Origin: Pedobacter sandarakinus
GTDB taxonomy: Bacteria; Bacteroidota; Bacteroidia; Sphingobacteriales; Sphingobacteriaceae
Direction of reading: 5' to 3'
Length of the DNA: 24,000 nt
Assembly (NCBI RefSeq): GCF_026240095.1
Contig: NZ_JAPIVG010000004.1
Location: 522,340 to 546,339 of the forward strand
Shown here: positions 7,990 to 16,081 of the stretch, piece by piece
Layout of the letters: every line of letters begins with the position of its first letter
How positions within the stretch are numbered: position 1 is the stretch's first letter
Translations under genes and position numbers: made by a program
The notes under the pieces: model-generated
Database searches by the model: none
Seen by the model: the letters and a program-made list of their open reading frames with translations, nothing else
Told to the model about the DNA's origin: nothing

Positions 7990-8585
7990 AACCAATTTTT
8001 TTGAAGACAAGAGCGGAGGCTCAGTTTGGTACGGTGAATAATAACCCAAAAATTAGATGAGCTAATGCTTAAAGATGATAAAATGACATCAGTTTCCTCT
8101 TCATCGATATGTTTCAATGAAAACACAGCAGCCCACAACTTAGGTAGCTTTTGCATGCATTTTTGCAAAATAAGGTTAAACTCACGCTCGTTTATGGAAT
8201 CTATAATTTCAGCAAAAGGCTGCGGAGCGTATTCTTTCTTCCAATGGCCATCGCTTTCATTGAAAAAGCGTTCAGTATTCTCTTCTGAAGTTGAAACGCT
8301 GTCGACATGATTTAAACCAGATGCCGACTTTCTATAATAATCCACAATCTTGTGTTTCAGGATTCCTGTAAGCCAGGTTCTTTCGCTGCTTTTTCCTTCA
8401 AATTTAGTTACTCCTTTCAAAGCAGCAAGAAAGGTATCCTGTATCAAATCCTGAGCAATATCTTCATCTCTTACCCGAACTAAAGCATATTTATAAAGGT
8501 AATCTGCATAAGCATGCACCCAATGGTCTGGGTTAAGAACATTTCTATCAATCTGTTCTTTGGTATCATTATTCTCTATCGCCAT
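7986..8585 (-). CDS. ECF-type RNA polymerase sigma-70 family factor
   Basis: 199 aa. Region 2 is visible (DIAQDLIQDTFLAALKGVTKFEGKSSERTWLTGILKHKIVDYYRK), as is region 4 (LPKLWAAVFSLKHIDEEETDVILSSLSISSSNFWVIIHRTKLSLRSCL). A fairly long sigma2-sigma4 linker separates them. It is followed by a coupled anti-sigma gene. Confidence 0.9.
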   Translation of the reverse strand: MAIENNDTKEQIDRNVLNPDHWVHAYADYLYKYALVRVRDEDIAQDLIQDTFLAALKGVTKFEGKSSERTWLTGILKHKIVDYYRKSASGLNHVDSVSTSEENTERFFNESDGHWKKEYAPQPFAEIIDSINEREFNLILQKCMQKLPKLWAAVFSLKHIDEEETDVILSSLSISSSNFWVIIHRTKLSLRSCLQKNWL

Positions 8586-8857
8586 ATCTTGCTAAATGGT
8601 GCAATAAATATAGCATATAAAATCCCGGCCGAATAATTCACGAAACTTTTAGCTGTTTCTTTAATAAGATGATGTGATGTTTTTTAGTACAAAAACCAGA
8701 ATTGCTGTAAGGTTATTAGGTTTTGATCGACCAAATGACAAAAACCTGCTTTTAACACATTTCCAACAACACCTTTAAAGCCTGGAATAATAATGAAATG
8801 AATTTAAAAACAAAAGCAAGTCAGAACTAGCAAGAAAACTATTTATAAACCAACATC

Positions 8858-9241
8858 ATGAATAAAACATTTATCTGGGCAGTAAGGCTATTGGCAGCCA
8901 TTATCTTATTGCAAACACTCTTCTTTAAATTTTCTGCCGCTCCGGTTTCGGTATTTATTTTTCGCGAGTTAGGTCTCGAACCTCATGGAAGAATAGGAAT
9001 TGGGATTTTAGAACTGATCGCTTCGGCACTCATTTTAATCCCTAAAACAACAATTTATGGTGCAGTGCTAGGGCTGGGTTTAATGGTGGGAGCGATTTTT
9101 TCGCACCTTACACAATTGGGAATTGTCGTGCAAAATGACATGGGTAAGCTATTTATGCTTGCATGTATTGTTTCAATTTGTTGCATAACCCTCATTGCCA
9201 ATGATCGGCAGAAACTTTTAGACTTTATTAAATCAAAGTAA
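8858..9241 (+). CDS. DoxX-like family integral membrane protein
   Basis: 127 aa with about four hydrophobic helices. The sequence (AVRLLAAIILLQTLFFKFSAAP...GIGILELIASALILIPKT...GLGLMVGAIFSHL) is typical of DoxX/DoxX-like proteins. Confidence 0.75.
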   Translation: MNKTFIWAVRLLAAIILLQTLFFKFSAAPVSVFIFRELGLEPHGRIGIGILELIASALILIPKTTIYGAVLGLGLMVGAIFSHLTQLGIVVQNDMGKLFMLACIVSICCITLIANDRQKLLDFIKSK

Positions 9242-9242
9242 T

Positions 9243-9746
9243 ATGATCAACCAACTAACAGATGGGATATGCACATTGCTAGACCAAACCGAGCAAGCCA
9301 TAACAAATATTACAGACTTACAATTTTCAGCGGGAGCAGCTCTTTTAGGTGGCGCTACAATCGGTCAACACATCAGGCACATCATTGAGTTCTATAACGA
9401 ATTGTTTTTGGGTTATGAAACCGGAACTATTAATTACGACGACCGGAAGAGAGATCATGCCGTTGAAAACGATCGACAAATAGCGATAGCAAAAATAAAA
9501 CATATTAAAGCTAATGTGAACAGGATAGACAGGCCGCTACATATCAAAGCTTCCTTGTCTTCAACCGAAGACGTTTTTCAAATGCCAACTACCTACTTTC
9601 GTGAACTGATGTACAACCTTGAGCATACGGTGCATCATATGGCGCTTATCAGGGTTGGCATTAATCTAAACTGTAAAATTAGCCTACCGCCAGATTTCGG
9701 TGTAGCGGCATCTACTATAAAATACCGACAAATATGTGCACAGTAA
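9243..9746 (+). CDS. DinB/YfiT-like superfamily protein (putative metal-dependent, possibly thiol-transferase-type four-helix bundle)
   Basis: It starts 1 bp after the DoxX stop. His-containing helices are GQHIRHIIEFYNELF near the N-terminus and NLEHTVHHMALIRVG (HxxxH) near the C-terminus. This is the His-triad pattern of DinB-fold proteins. 167 aa. Confidence 0.7.
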   Translation: MINQLTDGICTLLDQTEQAITNITDLQFSAGAALLGGATIGQHIRHIIEFYNELFLGYETGTINYDDRKRDHAVENDRQIAIAKIKHIKANVNRIDRPLHIKASLSSTEDVFQMPTTYFRELMYNLEHTVHHMALIRVGINLNCKISLPPDFGVAASTIKYRQICAQ

Positions 9747-11515
9747 CCTATCTTTCAACTAAGGATGGCAGGTTAATTACTTCAAACCGCGATGAAAATA
9801 TTGAACGCGGACTGGCTAGTGCACCAGATTTGAGAAAGATTGGAACGGTAACGTTAGCCTATCCCACAGATCCAAAAAGCCAGGGAACCTGGATTGCGAC
9901 CAAAGATAGTGGAGAGATTGTGGTGCTGTTAAATGGTGCTTTCAAAAATCATGTTAAAAAAGCAGCATATCGCCAGAGCCGAGGAATTATCTTGCTCGAA
10001 ATTATTAAAGCCCCATCTCCCCTTAAGCACTTCGGCAACTCCGACTTTACAGGAATTGAGCAATTCACGCTTATTATCTCAACGGATGAGAAATTATACG
10101 AATGCCGTTGGGATGGGCTGAGCAAGCATATTCTAGAGAAAGACAGGTTTGGAAGCTATATCTGGTCGTCTGCCACATTGTATTCGAATGCTGTAAGCGC
10201 CCTACGAGAGAAATGGTTTTGTGCATGGCGAATGAAAAATAAGGAAATCACACAAATGGATGCTATGTTTTTCCATCACTTTACTGGTGAAGGTGATTCT
10301 GAAAGCAGCCTGGTAATGGATCTTGAAAACGGGATTTCTACTATGAGCATTACTTCAGTATTGGCTACAAAACGTCAGGTTAATATGGTTCATTGCGATC
10401 TAAAAGAGGATGTGACCTACACCAAAACCATCAACCGAAGTTTCGCGTTAAACAATTACTTTAAAAAATTAGGCAGGCATGTTCGTACTTTAAAAATTAA
10501 AACCCTCAACTGGGAATACTGGCCAATGCACTTAGTGTATGCACCAATGTATCTTTATTGGTTTTATTTGAGCCTAAAAGCAAGATCGTTGTTCTTCTTC
10601 AGTGCCGCAAACCCCATGAGGCAACACTCCGGTTTTGCAATGGAAAAGAAGAGCGATTGCTATAAACATCTTCCGCAACAATGCTATCCAAAATCAATTG
10701 GCTTTAATAGTCAAACTTCAACAACAGATTTGCTATTAGCCTTGAAAAAAAAGGAAATGGATTTTCCGGTAATTGTAAAACCAGAAATTGGTGAGCGTGG
10801 AACGGGTGTAAAATTAGTAAAGACCTTGCCTGATCTGGTGCAATACGTACAAAGTGCAAAAACCGATTTTTTGGTACAAGAATTTGTGACATTTGAAAAA
10901 GAAATTGGAATATTCTATTACCGCATGCCATCTGATAAATCTGGCACACTCACCGGAGTTGTTGAAAAAGAATTATTGAGTGTAAAAGGTGATGGAACAT
11001 CTACCATTGCAGCCTTATTGAACAAAAATGACCGGCATTTTTTACAACTTCCCCTGCTCGAGACTACTAATCCGCTAGCACTATTGGAAATATTAAAGGT
11101 AGATGAAGAAAGGTTATTGGTTCCATTTGGAAACCACTGCAGGGGTGCGCTCTTTACCGACGTAAGCCACAAAATATCACCATCGCTAATTGATGTAATT
11201 GATCGCGTATGCAAACATTTGCCAGAATTTTACTTCGGTAGGTTAGATATTAAATACCATAGTTGGGAAAAATTGCTTCAGGGAGAAGATTTTTACATCA
11301 TGGAAATTAATGGTGCTGCAAGCGAACCAGCGCACATGTACGACCCAAAACATTCGATATTTTTCGCCTGGCGTGAAATTAAGAAGCACTGGGATTTGCT
11401 TTATAAGATAAGTATGGTAAATGCAAGGCGTAGCAACAAACCATTAATGAACACAGCACAAGGCATAAAATTATTACGAGCGCATATAGCTTACAACAAA
11501 ATGTTAAGGGAATAA
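9734..11515 (+). CDS. Fusion protein: N-terminal NRDE/TANGO2-like domain, central hydrophobic hairpin, C-terminal ATP-grasp ligase domain
   Basis: The ATG at 9734 overlaps the DinB gene end by 13 bp. The N-terminus MCTVTYL...ITSNRDENIERG...QGTWIATKDSGEIVVLLNG...YRQSRGIILLE matches the NRDE family (Met-Cys start, NRDE motif, GTW, SRG). Residues around 260-290 (WEYWPMHLVYAPMYLYWFYLSLKARSLFFFSAANP) are hydrophobic. The C-terminus (FPVIVKPEIGERGTGVKLV, DFLVQEFVTFEKEIGIFYY, GDGTSTIAALL, GNHCRGA, FYIMEINGAASEP) is ATP-grasp-like. Confidence 0.75.
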   Translation: MCTVTYLSTKDGRLITSNRDENIERGLASAPDLRKIGTVTLAYPTDPKSQGTWIATKDSGEIVVLLNGAFKNHVKKAAYRQSRGIILLEIIKAPSPLKHFGNSDFTGIEQFTLIISTDEKLYECRWDGLSKHILEKDRFGSYIWSSATLYSNAVSALREKWFCAWRMKNKEITQMDAMFFHHFTGEGDSESSLVMDLENGISTMSITSVLATKRQVNMVHCDLKEDVTYTKTINRSFALNNYFKKLGRHVRTLKIKTLNWEYWPMHLVYAPMYLYWFYLSLKARSLFFFSAANPMRQHSGFAMEKKSDCYKHLPQQCYPKSIGFNSQTSTTDLLLALKKKEMDFPVIVKPEIGERGTGVKLVKTLPDLVQYVQSAKTDFLVQEFVTFEKEIGIFYYRMPSDKSGTLTGVVEKELLSVKGDGTSTIAALLNKNDRHFLQLPLLETTNPLALLEILKVDEERLLVPFGNHCRGALFTDVSHKISPSLIDVIDRVCKHLPEFYFGRLDIKYHSWEKLLQGEDFYIMEINGAASEPAHMYDPKHSIFFAWREIKKHWDLLYKISMVNARRSNKPLMNTAQGIKLLRAHIAYNKMLRE

Positions 11516-11555
11516 ACGAAGCTCTTACTTAGGTTATAGATATATCGCAAAGCAT

Positions 11556-11585
11556 TTTGTTATAGTCGGGTTGTTTCTATCTTTG
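11556..11585 (+). promoter_or_regulatory. Candidate Bacteroidota sigma-A promoter for ettA (-33 TTTG, -7 TAnnTTTG)
   Basis: TATCTTTG at 11578-11585 matches the Bacteroidetes -7 consensus TAnnTTTG. A TTTG lies at 11556-11559, giving an 18-nt spacer. The site is about 100 nt upstream of the ettA ATG. Support is a motif match only. Confidence 0.3.
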
Positions 11586-11684
11586 TAATCGGTTTTGGCA
11601 CCGCCAAATCTTCATTATCAATAGGGCTTTAAACCTCACTTGGTAATTAACAGAAACCTTTTAAATCAAAATTAGAAAACAATC

Positions 11685-13364
11685 ATGTCTGACGAAAAAA
11701 TAATCTTTTCGATGGCGGGTGTAAATAAAATTTACCCTCCACAAAAACAGGTTTTAAAAAATATTTATCTTTCCTTCTTTTACGGTGCAAAAATTGGCGT
11801 AATCGGCTTAAACGGTTCTGGTAAGTCTTCCCTACTAAAAATTATTGCTGGCTTGGATAAAAGTTTCCAAGGAGAGGTTGTTTTCTCGCCAGGATTTTCA
11901 GTTGGGTACTTAGCGCAAGAACCAATTTTAGATCCCGAGAAAACCGTTCGTGAGGTAGTTGAAGAAGGCGTTGCCGAAATTACCGCAATTCTAAAAGAAT
12001 ATGAAGAAGTCAACGAAGCGTTTGGGCTAGAGGAAAATTATTCTGACCCGGATGCGATGGATAAACTAATGGCCAGACAAGGCGAACTGCAAGATAAAAT
12101 TGATGCAGTTGGAGCCTGGGAACTCGATTCGAGGTTAGAGCGGGCTATGGATGCATTGCGTTGCCCGGATCCAGAAACCAAAATAGGTGTGCTATCTGGT
12201 GGTGAGCGTAGACGTGTTGCCATGTGCCGCCTGCTATTACAAAAACCCGATGTGTTGTTGTTAGATGAGCCAACCAACCACCTGGATGCCGAAAGCATAG
12301 ATTGGCTAGAGCAATTTTTACAAAATTACGAAGGTACCGTTATTGCCGTTACCCACGATAGGTATTTCTTAGATAACGTTGCCGGCTGGATTTTGGAGCT
12401 TGATCGCGGAGAAGGCATTCCGTGGAAAGGAAACTACAGCAGCTGGTTAGATCAAAAAGCAAAACGTTTATCGCAAGAAGAAAAAACAGAAAGCAAGCGC
12501 CAGAAAACTTTGGAACGAGAATTGGAATGGGTACGTATGGCTCCAAAAGCACGCCATGCCAAATCAAAAGCCCGTTTAGCGAATTATGATAAACTTGCTT
12601 CAGAAGACGGAAAAGAAAGGGAAGACAAACTGGAGTTGTTTATTCCAGCAGGGCCACGTTTAGGAAATGTGGTTATCGAAGCAACCAATGTTACCAAAAG
12701 TTATGGCGATAAAGTGTTGTTTGATAATTTGAATTTTTCTCTGCCCCCTGCTGGTATTGTAGGCATTATTGGCCCGAATGGTGCAGGTAAAACTACCTTG
12801 TTCAGATTAATTACCGGGCAGGAAGAACCAGATAATGGTACTTTCCGTGTAGGCGACACAGTAGAATTAGGTTATGTAGATCAAATGCATAACGATTTAG
12901 ATGCAGACAAAACCGTGTACGAAAACATCACTGACGGGCTAGATAATATACAACTTGGCAACAAAGCTGTTAACGGCAGGGCCTATGTTTCGAAATTTAA
13001 CTTCAACGGCGGAGATCAGCAGAAAAAAGTAGGCATTTTATCTGGTGGAGAACGCAACCGGGTTCATTTAGCCATCACACTTAAAAAGGGGGCTAACGTG
13101 TTATTACTGGATGAGCCTACCAATGATATTGACGTGAATACACTACGGGCTTTAGAAGAAGCACTTGAAAACTTCGGAGGTTGCGCAGTTGTAATCAGTC
13201 ACGATAGGTGGTTCTTAGATAGAATTTGTACCCATATTCTGGCATTCGAAGGAAATTCGGAGGTTTATTTCTTTGAAGGAAATTACTCTGACTACGAAGA
13301 AAATCGTAAAAAACGTTTGGGAGATATTGCACCTAAACGCATCAGGTATAAAAAACTTAACTAA
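11685..13364 (+). CDS. ettA: Energy-dependent translational throttle protein EttA (ABC-F family ATPase)
   Basis: 559 aa with two ABC cassettes (GLNGSGKSSLL, GPNGAGKTTLF) and signature motifs LSGGERRRVAMC and LSGGERNRVHLA. There is an inter-domain linker and no TM domain. The N-terminus (IFSMAGVNKIYPPQKQVLKNIYLSFFYGAKIGVIG) is characteristic of EttA/YjjK. Confidence 0.95.
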   Translation: MSDEKIIFSMAGVNKIYPPQKQVLKNIYLSFFYGAKIGVIGLNGSGKSSLLKIIAGLDKSFQGEVVFSPGFSVGYLAQEPILDPEKTVREVVEEGVAEITAILKEYEEVNEAFGLEENYSDPDAMDKLMARQGELQDKIDAVGAWELDSRLERAMDALRCPDPETKIGVLSGGERRRVAMCRLLLQKPDVLLLDEPTNHLDAESIDWLEQFLQNYEGTVIAVTHDRYFLDNVAGWILELDRGEGIPWKGNYSSWLDQKAKRLSQEEKTESKRQKTLERELEWVRMAPKARHAKSKARLANYDKLASEDGKEREDKLELFIPAGPRLGNVVIEATNVTKSYGDKVLFDNLNFSLPPAGIVGIIGPNGAGKTTLFRLITGQEEPDNGTFRVGDTVELGYVDQMHNDLDADKTVYENITDGLDNIQLGNKAVNGRAYVSKFNFNGGDQQKKVGILSGGERNRVHLAITLKKGANVLLLDEPTNDIDVNTLRALEEALENFGGCAVVISHDRWFLDRICTHILAFEGNSEVYFFEGNYSDYEENRKKRLGDIAPKRIRYKKLN

Positions 13365-13417
13365 TTAAGCTGAGTAGCTCATCATCTCAAGAACGATGGC
13401 TTTCTTATTATTAAAGC

Positions 13418-13470
13418 GCTTGTCGAAATGTTTCAACATCAAGTTTGTTGTGTTTCGACAAGCTTTTTTT
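13418..13470 (+). terminator. Rho-independent terminator of ettA
   Basis: gcttgtcgaaa (13418-13428) pairs with tttcgacaagc (13453-13463). An inner caaca/tgttg pairing extends the stem. It is followed by ttttttt (13464-13470). Confidence 0.8.
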
Positions 13471-13500
13471 GGCCTACTCCAAACCAAATTATCTCTTAGC

Positions 13501-14226
13501 TTACAATCTGCCTAATTCTTTCTTAAGTGCCAAATCTGTTACGGCTTCCATTACTTTATAGCCTGCCAGGTTTGGGTGCACACCGTCTGTGGTGTATTCT
13601 GCTTTTTGCCCATCGCGTTCATCACGAAGCGGTGTCCAGTAATCTACAACGGCAAGCTTGTTTTCATTCGCGTAATTCACAATGGTTTCATTTAACGAGA
13701 TGATTTGTTCTGCCACACCAGTTAGGCTTTTATTCCAGGGGTATTCGTTGATAGGTAAATATTTACATAGAAATACTTTAATATGGTGTTTCTTAGCCAA
13801 CTCTACCATCGATTTGATGTTATCTAAAACTGTTTTGTTACTTACATGACCTTTATTAGATGCCAAATCGTTACTTCCTGCCAAGATAATAACGGCTTTT
13901 GGTTTTAAATCTATCACATCCTGTCTGAACCTGATTAGCAATTGCGGAGAAAGTTGCCCGCTGATTCCCCGGTCGACGTATGGGTTTTGGTTAAAGTATG
14001 CTGGATCCTTTTGTTTCCAGAATTCGAAAATAGAACTTCCTAAAAAAACAACCCGTTTTTCACCTTTTCTTGGAAGCTTTAAAGTGTCATTTTCTTTTTG
14101 ATATTTAGAGAGCGCCGCCCAGTCATCAGAAAAATCTTCTTTCTTTGTCGACAAATTTTGCTGCGCAATAACCGTTTGGGTACTTATGGTAAAGGCTAAT
14201 ATGAACAAATAAATCTTAATCCTCAT
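13501..14226 (-). CDS. SGNH/GDSL-family hydrolase (secreted esterase/lipase-like)
   Basis: Signal peptide MRIKIYLFILAFTISTQTVIAQQ. Block I is VVFLGSSIFEFW (catalytic Ser), block III is ILAGSNDL, and block V is DGVHPNLAGY (catalytic Asp/His). Confidence 0.85.
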   Translation of the reverse strand: MRIKIYLFILAFTISTQTVIAQQNLSTKKEDFSDDWAALSKYQKENDTLKLPRKGEKRVVFLGSSIFEFWKQKDPAYFNQNPYVDRGISGQLSPQLLIRFRQDVIDLKPKAVIILAGSNDLASNKGHVSNKTVLDNIKSMVELAKKHHIKVFLCKYLPINEYPWNKSLTGVAEQIISLNETIVNYANENKLAVVDYWTPLRDERDGQKAEYTTDGVHPNLAGYKVMEAVTDLALKKELGRL

Positions 14227-14247
14227 AACTCGTAATTATATGTAAAT

Positions 14248-14478
14248 TTATTTCTTTTCTTCTTTTGGTCCGCGTTTGTAAATTACCAAGCCATTCAAAA
14301 AATTTCTCAAAATCTGATCGCCGCATGGCTTAAAGTTCTCATGATCTTCATTTCTAAAGATATCGCCCAATTCTGCCTTGGTAACCTTAAAGCCTACCAG
14401 GTCGCAAATTGTAATGATGTCTTCCGTTTTAAGTGATAGCGCCACTCTTAGTTTTTTTAGGATATCGTTGTTACTCAT
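14248..14478 (-). CDS. DUF1456 (YehS-like) single-domain protein
   Basis: 76 aa. MSNNDILKKLRVALSLKTEDIITICDLVGFKVTKAELGDIFRNEDHENFKPCGDQILRNFLNGLVIYKRG matches my memory of the DUF1456 repeat (NDILRRLRYAL...FLDGLI..RG). Confidence 0.65.
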   Translation of the reverse strand: MSNNDILKKLRVALSLKTEDIITICDLVGFKVTKAELGDIFRNEDHENFKPCGDQILRNFLNGLVIYKRGPKEEKK

Positions 14479-14510
14479 TGTATAATTTTTATGTATGTAC
14501 CTGGTTTATG

Positions 14511-15815
14511 CTAGCTTGCGATGGCTACTTTCAGTTTTTTTCCCTTGATTTTTTCGGAACTTAACTTCTGGAGGAGCCCATCTACCTGATGCCTTTTTAC
14601 CGCAACATAGCTGGCTGAATCTTTCACCTCGATGAGACCTAAATCCTCTTTTCCGATGCCTCCTTTCTTCAAGAAAACGCCAACAATGTCTACCTTGTTT
14701 ATTTTATCTTTTCTTCCGTTAGGGATATATAAGGTTACCCAGTCGCTTGCCTGTGGCGGTTGGTAGGTTTCTTCCAGATTTTCCTCGTCAACATCGGCGG
14801 GTAAATACTTGTAATGCTCTTCTGGTGTAAGCATAACAAAGGCGGTTCCCGTTGCATTCATTCTCGCCGTCCTACCATTTCTGTGGATATAAGCATCTTC
14901 GGTATAAGGCAATTGGTAGTGCACAATATTTTCCACTTCCGGAATATCCAGGCCCCGGGCGGCCAAATCTGTAGTGATTAAAATCTTATGGCTTCCATTT
15001 CGAAACTTAAGCAATGCTTTCTCCCTATCGAACTGTTCCATGCCTCCATGAAAAACATCGTGGCCCAAACCATGTTCGAAAAGCAAATCACTAATTCGAT
15101 CTACTGTTTCTCTATGGTTACAAAAAACCAGGGTATTCTTCGAGCCAATTTTGCTCAGTAGTTTTAAGAGAACCGATAGCTTGTCTGCAGCAGCGGCTGT
15201 AACTTGCTTTAGTTGTAAATTAGGCTTCGCTGCTACGTTTCTAGAAAAATCAATTTCTGCAGGCTCATTTAGTTTTACAAAAGCCGGAATCTCTTCCATT
15301 TTTGTAGCAGAGGTAAGTATTCGTTGATTTACTGAGTAGAGTGCATTGATAATATAAGACATATCTTGCTCGAATCCAAATTCGAGTGATTTATCAAATT
15401 CATCAAGTACCAAGGTGGTAATAAAAGACTCGTCGAAATTACGATTCTCTATGTGGTAAGCGATACGGCCAGGTGTACCTATTAGAACCGCTGGTGGATG
15501 TGCGAGGTTATTTTTTTCTACACGCACCGCATGGCCACCATAACAACAATTAACCTTGAAAGCAGTTCCCATTTGCCTGAATACCTGTTCAATTTGCAAG
15601 GCCAACTCTCTTGATGGCACGATGATCAAGGCTTGCACCCCAGTAATTTCGGGTTTTAATTTGTTAATCAGTGGCAGTAAAAAGGCTAGCGTTTTGCCAG
15701 ACCCGGTTGGCGCAATAAGGAGAATGTCTTTCCCAAGAGATGCTTGCTTAATGGTTGCTTCCTGCAACTCATTAAGCGAAGCAATATTTAATTTCTTTAA
15801 GGCATTTGCTATCAT
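14511..15815 (-). CDS. DEAD-box family ATP-dependent RNA helicase with a DbpA-like C-terminal RNA-binding domain. Motif II reads DEFD.
   Basis: Motif I is APTGSGKT, Ia is PSRELA, II is VLDEFD, III is SAT, and VI is HRNGRTAR. The C-terminal 75 aa (LYIPNGRKDKINKVDIVGVFLKKGGIGKEDLGLIEVKDSASYVAVKR) resemble the DbpA RBD. The track start at 15824 is a TTG, so I prefer the ATG at 15815 (MIANALKKL). Confidence 0.9.
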   Translation of the reverse strand: MIANALKKLNIASLNELQEATIKQASLGKDILLIAPTGSGKTLAFLLPLINKLKPEITGVQALIIVPSRELALQIEQVFRQMGTAFKVNCCYGGHAVRVEKNNLAHPPAVLIGTPGRIAYHIENRNFDESFITTLVLDEFDKSLEFGFEQDMSYIINALYSVNQRILTSATKMEEIPAFVKLNEPAEIDFSRNVAAKPNLQLKQVTAAAADKLSVLLKLLSKIGSKNTLVFCNHRETVDRISDLLFEHGLGHDVFHGGMEQFDREKALLKFRNGSHKILITTDLAARGLDIPEVENIVHYQLPYTEDAYIHRNGRTARMNATGTAFVMLTPEEHYKYLPADVDEENLEETYQPPQASDWVTLYIPNGRKDKINKVDIVGVFLKKGGIGKEDLGLIEVKDSASYVAVKRHQVDGLLQKLSSEKIKGKKLKVAIAS

Positions 15816-15821
15816 CGGTGC

Positions 15822-15829
15822 CAAAGATA
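15822..15829 (-). promoter_or_regulatory. Possible -7 promoter element (TATCTTTG on the minus strand) immediately upstream of the helicase ATG
   Basis: Plus-strand caaagata at 15822-15829 is TATCTTTG on the minus strand, the same octamer as the ettA candidate. It ends 6 nt before the ATG at 15815. That would imply a leaderless or near-leaderless mRNA. I saw no convincing -33 element. Confidence 0.25.
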
Positions 15830-15862
15830 AGCATTTATAATCCTCGCCTTAAAAATTGGCAA

Positions 15863-16081
15863 TTAGAACCTAAAAAATTTCCTTTTGAACCTCTTTAAAA
15901 GAGAAAAGTTAAACTTATTTTCTAGTTGGAGTAACATGTTTCCCCGCTTGGAAACAGAAGATTGTACTTTCTCGGTAACCAAATCCACAGAAGCTTTAAA
16001 TCTATCGGTGAGGTCATCTGCAAATTTGTTAGCCCTACTATTTTGTAATAGTTGAAATTCTTGAATGAGTTCAGTTTTCAT
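15863..16081 (-). CDS. Hypothetical 72-aa protein. Weak call.
   Basis: ATG-initiated ORF in an otherwise empty AT-rich gap upstream of the helicase. The product is predicted helical and charged (MKTELIQEFQLLQNSRANKFADDLTDRFKASVDLVTEKVQ...). I recognise no family, and it could be spurious. Confidence 0.25.
   Translation of the reverse strand: MKTELIQEFQLLQNSRANKFADDLTDRFKASVDLVTEKVQSSVSKRGNMLLQLENKFNFSLLKRFKRKFFRF

Noticed and set aside
8065-8310. ORF 8065..8310 (+), and similarly 15556..15840 (+), 16801..17085 (-) and 23381..23581 (+)
   Set aside because: Each is antisense to a confidently assigned gene: the ECF sigma, the helicase, the TlpA-like gene and pgk respectively.
8642-8659. GAAAC-N8-GTTTC inverted repeat in the sigma/DoxX divergent gap, considered as an ECF -35 element or an operator
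   Set aside because: The arms are only 5 bp. I could find no matching -10 element at ECF spacing on either strand. Such short AT-rich palindromes are expected by chance here.
9933-11214. ORFs 9933..10121 (+), 10704..10949 (-) and 10918..11214 (-)
   Set aside because: They are embedded in or antisense to the NRDE::ATP-grasp CDS and are out of frame with its recognisable motifs.
11780-12567. Minus-strand ORFs 11780..12013, 12038..12298 and 12349..12567
   Set aside because: They are antisense to ettA, whose identity is unambiguous.
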